In this document: piece after piece, positions 28,920 through 37,784 of the stretch
Layout: every line of letters starts with the position of its first letter
Numbering within the stretch: position 1 is the first letter of the stretch
The notes under the pieces: generated by a model
Databases searched by the model: none
What the model was told of the DNA's origin: nothing
Seen by the model: the letters and a program-made list of their open reading frames with translations, nothing else
Position numbers and translations under genes: made by a program
Assembly (NCBI GenBank): GCA_009784375.1
Contig: WRBV01000001.1
Coordinates: forward strand, 18,546-82,545
DNA length: 64,000 bases
Direction of reading: 5' to 3'
Source of the DNA: Bacillota bacterium
GTDB taxonomy: Bacteria; Bacillota; Clostridia; Christensenellales; UBA1242

Positions 28920-30017
28920 ATGAAATTAATAGTAGACGGACTTGATCTTGCCGAAGCGGTTGCAACAGTATCACGTGCGGCAAACGCAAAAACAATTAAC
29001 CCAGTACTCGAGGGAATTAAACTAACCGCAAAAGACGGAACATTGAAACTTGCCGCAACTGACCTTGAAATATATTTACAGAAAACTGTTCGTGCCGACA
29101 TAAAACAAGAAGGTGAAGTAATCGTCCCAGGTCGCCTTTTCTCGGAATATGTACGCAAGCTTGAAAAGACTCAAATCAATATCACAAGCGAAGGCGAGAG
29201 CGTAGTCATAACCCACGACGACAACGTATGTAATTTCCAATGCCTTTTGACCGAAGAATATCCCGATATTGTATCGCTAAGTGCAAAACCTCACTTTTCA
29301 ATAAGAAGCGACGCATTCCGCGACCTTATATCAAAAACAGTAATAAGTGCAGCAACAGACGACAGCCGTCCTGTTCTTCGCGGAGTACTTTGCGAAATCG
29401 AGGGCGAGAAATTAACAGCAATCGCACTTGATGGGTTCCGTTTATCCAAAGTTGAAAAAACAATTGCAAACCATGCCGACAACACAAACATAATTATCCC
29501 AGCACGAAGCCTTGACGAAGTACGAAAATTACTTCTTGATGATAACGGCGAAGTTAATATCATTATTGAAAATAAATTCTTCCAAGTAAACGTTGGCAAC
29601 ACAATATTCGCAAGCCGTACAATCGAAGGCGAGTTTACGAACTGGCGCCAAATTATGCCAAAGACTTTTGTATCCGAAGTCGTAGCCGAACGCAGCGCAT
29701 TTGCCGAAGCGGTCGAACGTGCAGGTCTTCTTGTACGAAGTGACAAAATCAACCTTGTAACACTAAAGGTTGCCGACAAACAAATTCTTGTTACAAGTAC
29801 AAATGAAATCGGCAAAATAAACGAAAAAGTAAATGCAAGCCTTACTGGTAAAGACATTAACATTTCATTCAACGCAAAGTATCTATATGACGCACTCAAA
29901 AATATTAATGTTGAATTTATCAAAATATCACTCACAGGAATCCACAGCCCATCAATCATAACATCTGCAAAAGAAGGTGACTTCGTCTTCCTTGTACTAC
30001 CAGTAAGAATGAATTAG
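28920..30017 (+). CDS. dnaN: DNA polymerase III beta sliding clamp
   Basis: MKLIVDGLDLAEAVATVSRA..PVLEGIKL.., 365 aa. AGGAG RBS before ATG 28920. The track ORF starts at 28857. Confidence 0.9.
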   Translation: MKLIVDGLDLAEAVATVSRAANAKTINPVLEGIKLTAKDGTLKLAATDLEIYLQKTVRADIKQEGEVIVPGRLFSEYVRKLEKTQINITSEGESVVITHDDNVCNFQCLLTEEYPDIVSLSAKPHFSIRSDAFRDLISKTVISAATDDSRPVLRGVLCEIEGEKLTAIALDGFRLSKVEKTIANHADNTNIIIPARSLDEVRKLLLDDNGEVNIIIENKFFQVNVGNTIFASRTIEGEFTNWRQIMPKTFVSEVVAERSAFAEAVERAGLLVRSDKINLVTLKVADKQILVTSTNEIGKINEKVNASLTGKDINISFNAKYLYDALKNINVEFIKISLTGIHSPSIITSAKEGDFVFLVLPVRMN

Positions 30018-30024
30018 TACTTAT

Positions 30025-30055
30025 AAAAAAAAAGACGACAATCTCGTCTTTTTTA
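30025..30055. terminator. bidirectional terminator between dnaN and the GNAT gene
   Basis: AAGACGA / TCGTCTT stem flanked by an A9 run and a T6 run. Confidence 0.7.
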
Positions 30056-30066
30056 TTAGTTAAATG

Positions 30067-30612
30067 TTACTGCTCTAAACTAGGTTCAATATTTCTCTCT
30101 AACTCCAAATCAGCATTTGGTATCTCATAATAGTGAACACTACCACCAAACCACTTCTCATCTTCTTTAACAAGCTTGCCACCACATGCCAATACCGTTT
30201 TCACCGATGCAGTATTATCGCCATAGCAAACATACTTGAAACTTTTTTTACCAATTTGGCTTGCATATTCTCTGGCACCATTTAACATTTGTGTTGCATA
30301 ACCTTTGCCGCGTTCACTCTCTATAACATTTAGACTTACATTTCCCCAATATTCTGTCTGCGGCGTATCCTCAGTATACATCAATAAAGAACCAATCAGC
30401 TTATTGTCCGATTCTCTTATGCCCAAAAACTGCCTAGCAGTTTCATGTTTATTACATTGTCGAATCCATTCCTCAGCAACAACTCGCTCCATCTTTTCAC
30501 GAAAATCACTTATACCATTATGGTTATAATGAGAATCTAGAAAATTTTGGATTTCTGTAACATAGTCCTGATTAGGAGGAATTAGCTTTACTACATCTTC
30601 GTTAAGATCCAT
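30067..30612 (-). CDS. GNAT-family N-acetyltransferase
   Basis: ERGKGYATQMLNGAREYA matches the acetyl-CoA-binding motif-A pattern (R/Q-x-x-G-x-G/A). Confidence 0.7.
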   Translation of the reverse strand: MDLNEDVVKLIPPNQDYVTEIQNFLDSHYNHNGISDFREKMERVVAEEWIRQCNKHETARQFLGIRESDNKLIGSLLMYTEDTPQTEYWGNVSLNVIESERGKGYATQMLNGAREYASQIGKKSFKYVCYGDNTASVKTVLACGGKLVKEDEKWFGGSVHYYEIPNADLELERNIEPSLEQ

Positions 30613-30667
30613 ATGGATATTATATCATTACAAGTAAATATCTGAAAACAGTTTACTTCCTATCTTG

Positions 30668-30696
30668 TTGACAAGTACAAAATTTTCTTATATAAT
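30668..30696 (+). promoter_or_regulatory. consensus sigma-70 promoter of the rpmH operon
   Basis: TTGACA (30668-30673), 17-nt spacer, TATAAT (30691-30696). Confidence 0.75.
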
Positions 30697-30726
30697 AGTC
30701 TGTTTATTACATAAAAGGATTTCCAC

Positions 30727-30861
30727 ATGAAAAGAACTTTCCAACCAAAAAAGAGAAACAAACAAAAAGTACATGGCTTTCGTGCTCGTATGTCGACCAC
30801 AGGCGGACGTAATGTTTTAAAGCGTCGTCGTGCTCGTGGACGCAAGGTAATTTCTGCATAA
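30727..30861 (+). CDS. rpmH: 50S ribosomal protein L34
   Basis: Too short for the ORF track. Translates to [44 protein letters not shown]. Confidence 0.95.
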   Translation: MKRTFQPKKRNKQKVHGFRARMSTTGGRNVLKRRRARGRKVISA

Positions 30862-30884
30862 TTTCTCAAGCCAAGAGGTGACCA

Positions 30885-31223
30885 ATGCTTAAATTGGACA
30901 ATCGCTTGAAAAAGCGCAAATCATTTAATTATATTTATCGAAAAGGTAAGCACATTGGGAACGAGGTATTAACCCTCGTTTTTGTGCCAGCCCGTGTACG
31001 TGAAGTAAAAATTGGTTTCTCGGTCTCGAAAAAAGTGGGCAACGCAGTAACAAGAAACAAGGCAACGCGAAAAATGAAATCAGCCGCACGTGAACTCGTC
31101 CCACTTATCAATCCGAACCATACGTTGATTTTTGTTGCCAAAGAGGGTATAGACAAAATCCACGTAAACGACATCAAAATGGCAATGGAGAATGTATTAA
31201 CAAGAGCAAAGGTGCTACGATGA
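30885..31223 (+). CDS. rnpA: ribonuclease P protein component
   Basis: Follows rpmH. KIGFSVSKKVGNAVTRNKATRKMK is the RNR-like basic motif. Confidence 0.9.
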   Translation: MLKLDNRLKKRKSFNYIYRKGKHIGNEVLTLVFVPARVREVKIGFSVSKKVGNAVTRNKATRKMKSAARELVPLINPNHTLIFVAKEGIDKIHVNDIKMAMENVLTRAKVLR

Positions 31224-31480
31224 AAAAAATAACTATGCACATCGCACTTCTTCCTATATACTTGTACAGACTTGTTATAAGCCCATGGCTGCCAAAGAGT
31301 TGTGCATTTACCCCAACATGTTCAGAATATGGATTGATTGCAATCAAAAGACATGGTATATTCGTGGGTTGGTGGATTGCAATCAAAAGAATTCTTCGAT
31401 GCAACCCATTTAACAAAAGAGCAAACGGATACGACCCAGTAAAATGGAGATTATCAGGAAAAGCCAAATACATCGTCTAA
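31220..31480 (+). CDS. yidD: membrane protein insertion efficiency factor YidD
   Basis: IYLYRLVISPWLPKSCAFTPTCSEYGLIAIKRHG. Confidence 0.9.
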   Translation: MKKITMHIALLPIYLYRLVISPWLPKSCAFTPTCSEYGLIAIKRHGIFVGWWIAIKRILRCNPFNKRANGYDPVKWRLSGKAKYIV

Positions 31481-31514
31481 CCAAAGACATTGACTATATC
31501 CCAAGGAGTGAACT

Positions 31515-32804
31515 ATGACCAATTTACTTTCAAATGTTGTATTCCCATCAGGAGCTGGAGGATTTCTTGGGCTTCGTGGTGTTGCGACCTCTTTCCTTGA
31601 ATGGGTTTATTCTTTTATCCCAAACTATGGTCTTGCTATTATATTTTTTGTTTTGTTACTTCGTCTCATGTTTTTGCCACTTGATTTTGGAACAAAGTAC
31701 TTTACAAAGAAAAACAGTATGCGAATGGCAGAAATCAAACCCGAGGAAGAAGCAATAAAAGCGGCACACGCAGGCGACCCTGTTGCCTATAACCGTGCCC
31801 GCCAAGCACTATACAAAAAACACGGTTACGGAATGGGTGGATTTTGTTTATTTACACTTTTGAACCTTGTAATCATGATGGTGGTTTTCATTTCTGTTTT
31901 CCAAGCATTGAACGGTATAAGTAACTTTAACATTAACAATCAATTCAAAGAACTTCAAGGCACATTTCATTATCATGCCGCCCGATATATTGATTCTCCA
32001 CATCATATAACAATACCGCCATTTGACACATCCGAACCTCCAGAATACTGGATAGCAGATTTCATGGACAGTCCATATTTCGAGAGCTGGCAAGAACATG
32101 CATATTTCGAAGACTTTGAAACAGCAATTAACCAAAGGTTTTCCGAAGTCAACGAAAGATTCCTGTGGGTTGCAAACGTATGGCGTTCGGACACACCATG
32201 GACACAAAGAACACTTTCATGGAGCGACTTCCAAAGCGCAGTTAGCGGGGTAGAAGGTTCGGTCACCCGAGGACTTAATTCATACCAACGTGCCGAATTG
32301 CAAGCCGAGTATAACTTTATTTTCGGAAACATTGACGAACACGGAACACGTTGGAACGGTATATTATTGTTAATCATATTGGCGGGTGCAAGTACATTCC
32401 TGAGCTCTTGGATTAATGCACGTCAAATGGCAAAAAACAAGCCGAAGCCCGAAGAAAAGAAAGAGATCGAAGCAGGCTATTCAATCCGTGATGTAAAGAA
32501 CCAAGCAGGCGATGGAACTGCTCCACAAATGCCAACTATTGACCCAAATGTGATGACTGGAAAAATGATGAAATTTATGCTTCCTGTTATTATGATTGTG
32601 GTTACTCTTATGAATACTGCTGCACTTGCTATTTACATTACCGCAGGTTCATTAATTGCAACTGGTCTTGGGGTATTGATGACTATGCTTGTTAACAAGA
32701 TTATAGAAAAACAAAAAAAGAAAAGAGCCGAACGCGGTCCCGACCTTTCTATAATTAACCCACATGCAAAATATTTCAAAACAAAGAACAAGGCTGAGAA
32801 ATAA
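31515..32804 (+). CDS. yidC: membrane protein insertase YidC (longer than typical Bacillota YidC, with an inserted soluble segment)
   Basis: Synteny after yidD. LAIIFFVLLLRLMFLPLDFGTKYF, multi-pass, basic C-terminal tail. Confidence 0.8.
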   Translation: MTNLLSNVVFPSGAGGFLGLRGVATSFLEWVYSFIPNYGLAIIFFVLLLRLMFLPLDFGTKYFTKKNSMRMAEIKPEEEAIKAAHAGDPVAYNRARQALYKKHGYGMGGFCLFTLLNLVIMMVVFISVFQALNGISNFNINNQFKELQGTFHYHAARYIDSPHHITIPPFDTSEPPEYWIADFMDSPYFESWQEHAYFEDFETAINQRFSEVNERFLWVANVWRSDTPWTQRTLSWSDFQSAVSGVEGSVTRGLNSYQRAELQAEYNFIFGNIDEHGTRWNGILLLIILAGASTFLSSWINARQMAKNKPKPEEKKEIEAGYSIRDVKNQAGDGTAPQMPTIDPNVMTGKMMKFMLPVIMIVVTLMNTAALAIYITAGSLIATGLGVLMTMLVNKIIEKQKKKRAERGPDLSIINPHAKYFKTKNKAEK

Positions 32805-32813
32805 TACTAAACT

Positions 32814-32840
32814 AAAAAGACGCACATGCGTCTTTTTTTA
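32814..32840 (+). terminator. intrinsic terminator after yidC
   Basis: AGACGC / GCGTCT stem followed by a T7 run. Confidence 0.7.
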
Positions 32841-32954
32841 TTCACCCAGGTGCACTACTTCATACATCCAGGACGACGGGAAAGTTTTTGCTTCTTTTCA
32901 AAAGAAGTGATACACTTGGTAATGTAACTATACAAAAAAGGAAGGAGTGACCAC

Positions 32955-33755
32955 ATGTCAAAAGTTCTAGAAATCACCGCAAAGACAATTGATGAAGCAA
33001 TAGCAGATGGACTTGAACAACTTGGTGCAAGTTATGACGAAGTAGAAGTAGAAGTCCTAAGTAACGGTGGAATGTTCAAAAAAGCAAAGGTCAAATTAAC
33101 ATTGACAAAAGAACCTGCAAAAGTTGAAGAAAAAAAGCCAGAAACAAAAATAGAGCCAGTAATAGAAAAACCAAAAGAAACAAAAAAAGAAGAAAAAACA
33201 CAAGTACCAGCAAAAGAAAAAATTGATAAACCAAAAATAGAAAGAGCACCAACTCCAAAAGGTGACGGCAAAAAACTGGATGAATGTGTTTATTTTGTAA
33301 CCGAGTTCCTTAGATTACTTGGTAATGATGCAACCGTATCAAACGAAGAAACCGAGAAATCATACATGATCCATATAAATGGCGAAGACGTCGGTCGTTT
33401 AATTGGAAAGGGTGGCGAGGCATTAAATGCGTTGCAAACACTTGTAAGTTCGGTTGCCATATCTCATGCAAATGGTGACAATAAACGAGTATTCGTAAAC
33501 ATTGAAAATTACAAAGAAAAGCGTACCGAAACATTGCAATCACTTGCAAAGAAAAAGGCAGAATACGTAAAAGAATCGGGGCGTTATGTAAAACTAGAAC
33601 CTATGATTGCACGTGACCGTGCCATTATTCATACGGTAATCCAATCAATCGAAGGCGTTCGCAGCTATAGCACAGGCGAAGGTGTCAACAGAAGGTTGGT
33701 AATCGCACCAGCAAACAAAGAACAAAAACAAGAAAATCCATCTTCAGAAGATTGA
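32955..33755 (+). CDS. jag: Jag/KhpB RNA-binding protein (Jag_N, KH, R3H)
   Basis: Synteny after yidC. N-terminus AKTIDEAIADGLEQLG, K/E/P linker, KH segment GRLIGKGGEALNALQ, R3H-like C-terminus. Confidence 0.85.
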   Translation: MSKVLEITAKTIDEAIADGLEQLGASYDEVEVEVLSNGGMFKKAKVKLTLTKEPAKVEEKKPETKIEPVIEKPKETKKEEKTQVPAKEKIDKPKIERAPTPKGDGKKLDECVYFVTEFLRLLGNDATVSNEETEKSYMIHINGEDVGRLIGKGGEALNALQTLVSSVAISHANGDNKRVFVNIENYKEKRTETLQSLAKKKAEYVKESGRYVKLEPMIARDRAIIHTVIQSIEGVRSYSTGEGVNRRLVIAPANKEQKQENPSSED

Positions 33756-33834
33756 TAATCTATATTTTAAAAACCCGTATTAAACTACATTACAAATACT
33801 GGGTGCAGCGTACGTGCTGCGGGAGATAACAAAG

Positions 33835-34842
33835 ATGACTAAAATTATTTGTACAATTGGACCAGCAAGCAATACACCCGAAATGATCGAAAAAATGGTG
33901 CATGCAGGCATGAGCATAACAAGAGTAAACTGCAGCCACGGAAACGAAGATTCAATCCGTGCCCAAATCAAGAGCCTTAAACAAATCCGTGTTGATAAAA
34001 AACTTGACTTTGAAATCATGTTGGACACAAAAGGACCCGATGTTCGCATTGGAACTTTCAAAGACGGACAAATTGAGCTTTGCCAAGGTGACCAATTTAT
34101 TCTTACAACTACACAATGCGAGGGTGATAATACACGTGTTTTCGTAAATTGTGAAACACTTCCCGAGCGTGTAAAGCCTGGGCAAATTCTTTTATTAAAT
34201 GACGGACTCATCCGTGCAACGGTAACAACGGTAAAAGGCAATGACGTAGTTACAAAAATCGAACAGGGCGGGGTACTTTCAAACCGAAAAACAATGTTTG
34301 CACCCAACTGTGACCTTGGACTTCCGTTCCTAAGTGATGCCGACAAAGCTGACCTTCGAATCGGTGTAGAAGAAGGTGTTGATATGATTGCCGCATCTTT
34401 TGTTGGATCAAAAAAAGACGTTGAACAAATGCAATCATTCCTTGTCCAATGTGGAAAAAACATTCCTATCGTTGCAAAAATTGAAAGCTCGGATGGAATT
34501 GCAAACATTGACGAGATTCTTGCAAATGTTATGGGTATGATGGTTGCCCGTGGAGATCTTGGTGTTGAATACCCACTTGAACAAATTCCAGGACTTCAAA
34601 AGTTCTTGGTTGAAAAAACTTTGGCTGCTGGAAAATTTGCAGTCGTTGCAACCGAGATGATGGAAAGCATGATAAACAAACCACGTCCAACACGAGCAGA
34701 AGTAACCGATGTGGCAAACGCAGTCTGGCAAGGCGCACATGCCGTAATGCTGAGTGCCGAGAGTGCGGTTGGAAAATTTCCACTCGACACCGTCCAATTT
34801 ATGAAACGCATCGCCACCGAAGCTGAGAAATCAAGAAAATAA
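33835..34842 (+). CDS. pyk: pyruvate kinase, short form lacking the C-terminal (C) domain
   Basis: MTKIICTIGPAS, MSITRVNCSHG, MLDTKGPDVR, VARGDLGVE, MLSAESAVG. It ends at about residue 335, where domain C normally begins. Confidence 0.85.
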   Translation: MTKIICTIGPASNTPEMIEKMVHAGMSITRVNCSHGNEDSIRAQIKSLKQIRVDKKLDFEIMLDTKGPDVRIGTFKDGQIELCQGDQFILTTTQCEGDNTRVFVNCETLPERVKPGQILLLNDGLIRATVTTVKGNDVVTKIEQGGVLSNRKTMFAPNCDLGLPFLSDADKADLRIGVEEGVDMIAASFVGSKKDVEQMQSFLVQCGKNIPIVAKIESSDGIANIDEILANVMGMMVARGDLGVEYPLEQIPGLQKFLVEKTLAAGKFAVVATEMMESMINKPRPTRAEVTDVANAVWQGAHAVMLSAESAVGKFPLDTVQFMKRIATEAEKSRK

Positions 34843-34847
34843 TTTAG

Positions 34848-34870
34848 AAAAAAGGCAGTTGCCTTTTTTT
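34848..34870 (+). terminator. intrinsic terminator after pyk
   Basis: AAGGC / GCCTT stem followed by a T7 run. Confidence 0.65.
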
Positions 34871-34924
34871 AGGGAGCACAAAACATATCATCCCATAAAT
34901 AATTTGTACTAATATAAATTTTCC

Positions 34925-35103
34925 AAACCTCAAATCACAAGGTGCGGAACTACCGCCAAAGGCGGTGGTTCACGGTTTTGTGATGACCAGTTCGCAACGC
35001 GAACATAAAAATTGCTCCACAATGTCAAACACCAAAGGTGGATATTTGCGGGGGTTTCTTCAAAGGGGGCAGAGCCCCCTGAAAACTTTTTTGTTTCTTT
35101 TTT
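34925..35103 (+). ncRNA. candidate small structured RNA or cis-regulatory leader (unclassified)
   Basis: Lies between two + strand terminators. Compound hairpin at 34934-34984, hairpins at 34990-35004 and 35030-35040, and a strong terminator AGGGGGC-AGA-GCCCCCT plus T-run at 35064-35103. Confidence 0.3.
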
Positions 35104-35192
35104 GGTTACAAAAAAGAAAGTAAACACTTCTTGATTCTTTTGGTAAAAGAATAGGTTTTACATTCCACCCAATCTATCATAAACTAGTTTAT

Positions 35193-35996
35193 ATGAAAAA
35201 ACTCTTGGTCATCGGAATTGTGCTTTGCATGACAATATTTTTAACAGGTTGTGCAACAATTACCGCTTCTGTAACACGGCTGTCTGACGGTCGTGTTGTT
35301 CAAACCATTATTATAAACTTTGAAAATGCTCCAAGCCAAACCAAGATTATGGAAATCGAAGCCTTTATCGGAAAAGAGGGCGGATATCTTGATGTTGCAC
35401 GTGGTATTCGTTATCGTTACTATGAAAATGGTGATCCTATGATTAACCCAAGTACTGGGCTTCAAAGAACATTTATGTACGACAAAACAAAGAACTATGG
35501 TTGGCTCTCGAATTCTCCAAACACTTTTGTCTTGACATTAACATTTAATAACATTCACAGCTTTCATTATTTCAACGAAATCCATGAACAAGTTCAAGAA
35601 GTTACGATTGAACGCGGCATATTCTTTGTTGAACGCACAATCACAATGCAAAATCCATTCCGAACATTTTTCGAAAATGAAGACAGCAATCGTAGTATGG
35701 GAATTATAAATCACTTTAAATATGAATTCAATGCAACAACCGATGACCTTTCATTTATCTATGTTATTGGCTCATCTTTCCGAAGAACAGATACTAATGC
35801 AACAACCTCGCGACGCGCATCAAATGGGGACTACTATTATTATTTTGCTGCGACTTCTCTTGAAGACGTACAAGACATCGTTGTATTTGACCGCTTTGCA
35901 AATACACCCGCATGGTATGGGGTAGGAATTGGTGCGACATTGTTATTTATGGGAATATTTTTTATACTTGCAAAAAAGAAAGGGGAGTCTAAATAA
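35193..35996 (+). CDS. lipoprotein with C-terminal TM anchor
   Basis: Signal peptide with lipobox MKKLLVIGIVLCMTIFLTGC. Confidence 0.65.
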   Translation: MKKLLVIGIVLCMTIFLTGCATITASVTRLSDGRVVQTIIINFENAPSQTKIMEIEAFIGKEGGYLDVARGIRYRYYENGDPMINPSTGLQRTFMYDKTKNYGWLSNSPNTFVLTLTFNNIHSFHYFNEIHEQVQEVTIERGIFFVERTITMQNPFRTFFENEDSNRSMGIINHFKYEFNATTDDLSFIYVIGSSFRRTDTNATTSRRASNGDYYYYFAATSLEDVQDIVVFDRFANTPAWYGVGIGATLLFMGIFFILAKKKGESK

Positions 35997-37020
35997 CCCG
36001 ACTGTATTCCTTCGTCTCAGTATCTTTTACAACCTTGGCTTTGTTGGCTGATAAAAACTTACATATATTGTAAACATCAATCCAAATTTCACCATTGCCA
36101 TCTTCTTGTGATTTGTCAAAGATAATTTGCATACCGAAATGAAGGTGTGCCTTTGTTTTCATGTTTACATTCTCTTTACTTGAATAACCTGTTTGTCCAA
36201 GATATCCAATAACTTGACCAGCCTCGACCTTATCACCAATTTTTAAATGTGCAGGGTACGGATGATCTTTACGAAGATGGGCGTAATAATAATATCGTTT
36301 TGTGTCTTCGCTTCGAATTCCTACTCGCCAACCGCCGTATCTATTCCAACCAAGTTCGGTAATTGTCCCGCTCTCCATTGATATTATAGGTGTCCCAACA
36401 CCGCCATACAAATCATGTCCAAGGTGCCTGCGCTTAAATCCATATGTTCTGCTGTTGCCAAAGTCGCTGTAGCCTGTATGCCAAAAGCCCTTTGCGATTG
36501 GATGAAACCCAATTATGGTGCCCGATTTTGCATCAATAATTCCATCCAACACCGCATGATAACTTTCTACATAGTATTTAAAGTATTTATTGTCTTCATA
36601 CTTATCGATTGACTCACGATTTCCCGACTCAAGCTCTTTCATAAGTTTTGAAAGATTTTTCGTATCCGCTTTTATATTAAACCTATTCGAATTTTTAAGA
36701 GCCAGATAAGCAAGAATCTCGCACGAACCAATGTCGGTAATTCCCTTTGATACAAGCTTCACATGTGCCTTTTGTACACGACCAAGAATTTGATATGATG
36801 GATTGAATTCTATCCATTTAATAAATTTTTTTTCTTCGGGCTTTTTCTCTTCCATCTTTTCTTCGGTCGATACCATACTGCTTTCAATTTCGATTACAGA
36901 TTGTATGTTTTCCGAAAAATTGCTGTTACGCTCTTTACCTATTTCATAATTTTGCGGAATAAAAGCACTTGTTAATACAAGCGTTGTCACAAGTACAGGT
37001 AATAATAATAATTTTTTCAC
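35989..37020 (-). CDS. M23-family metallopeptidase
   Basis: HLGHDLYGGVGTPI and AHLHFGMQI (HxxxD / HxH zinc motifs). N-terminal signal peptide or anchor. Confidence 0.8.
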   Translation of the reverse strand: MKKLLLLPVLVTTLVLTSAFIPQNYEIGKERNSNFSENIQSVIEIESSMVSTEEKMEEKKPEEKKFIKWIEFNPSYQILGRVQKAHVKLVSKGITDIGSCEILAYLALKNSNRFNIKADTKNLSKLMKELESGNRESIDKYEDNKYFKYYVESYHAVLDGIIDAKSGTIIGFHPIAKGFWHTGYSDFGNSRTYGFKRRHLGHDLYGGVGTPIISMESGTITELGWNRYGGWRVGIRSEDTKRYYYYAHLRKDHPYPAHLKIGDKVEAGQVIGYLGQTGYSSKENVNMKTKAHLHFGMQIIFDKSQEDGNGEIWIDVYNICKFLSANKAKVVKDTETKEYSRVI

Positions 37021-37046
37021 GCGTTAGTATATACAAAGAATTATAT

Positions 37047-37742
37047 TTAATTCTTACAATCGCTGCACGGTTCACAATTTTCGCATGATTTATCATCTTC
37101 CACAGCGGCTGTATCCACCCGTAAATGCATTGTATAGTCTGGCCATTTTTCAAAAAAGTTTGAACAAAACATTATTATCAAGCAAACATTTGCAAGAAGA
37201 ATCTGGGTCAATGCGGTGAACCATCCCATTTGAGCTGATGCAAAAATAAAAATCACCGCTACAATGAAAAGTGCAGTAACATATGGAACAAACACACGCT
37301 TTTTCTTTTTTCGCATGAATTTTACAATTAGTATCCATACAACACATATAACACAAAGCACACCAAATAACATCGCCGATCCAACGTGAATTATTCTTTG
37401 CCACGTCTCCATCCCTACAATGATTGTCGTTAAAATACCCATTAAACAACCAATGGTCAGCGGAATTTCAAATAATTTATTTTTAAAATTACATCTTGAT
37501 GCAAGCAATCGTAGATTAAAGTAAACTGCCAAAGCGGTAAAAATCCCCCAAAGCAAAAACAAAACTCGGTTCTGTTCGCCTATTGCAGAAAATGGATCTG
37601 TTGTCGGATTTTCGCCTCTTGACAACATTATAAATGATAACACAATTGACGTGACAATTGCTGCACCACACAAAGTACTCTTGGTCAAGAATTTTCTTGA
37701 AACTTTATCTTGGGTGACACCCGACACTTTTTCTTCTGTCAT
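37047..37742 (-). CDS. multi-pass membrane protein with Cys-rich C-terminus
   Basis: ORF track. About six TM helices. Tail SCENCEPCSDCKN. Confidence 0.55.
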   Translation of the reverse strand: MTEEKVSGVTQDKVSRKFLTKSTLCGAAIVTSIVLSFIMLSRGENPTTDPFSAIGEQNRVLFLLWGIFTALAVYFNLRLLASRCNFKNKLFEIPLTIGCLMGILTTIIVGMETWQRIIHVGSAMLFGVLCVICVVWILIVKFMRKKKKRVFVPYVTALFIVAVIFIFASAQMGWFTALTQILLANVCLIIMFCSNFFEKWPDYTMHLRVDTAAVEDDKSCENCEPCSDCKN

Positions 37743-37784
37743 GACTAGATATTATCAAAAGAATTAAATAGATGCAAATATTTT

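Noticed and set aside
34925-35103. The possibility that the structured leader is a T-box riboswitch
   Set aside because: GGCGGTGGTTCACGG only superficially resembles the T-box AGGGTGGTACCGCG core. The downstream gene is a lipoprotein rather than an aminoacyl-tRNA synthetase or amino-acid gene, and no specifier-loop architecture is evident.
34930-35127. A 65-aa minus-strand ORF in the pyk-lipoprotein spacer
   Set aside because: It runs through a + strand terminator hairpin and the stacked hairpins, has no RBS, and its composition looks like translated structured RNA.
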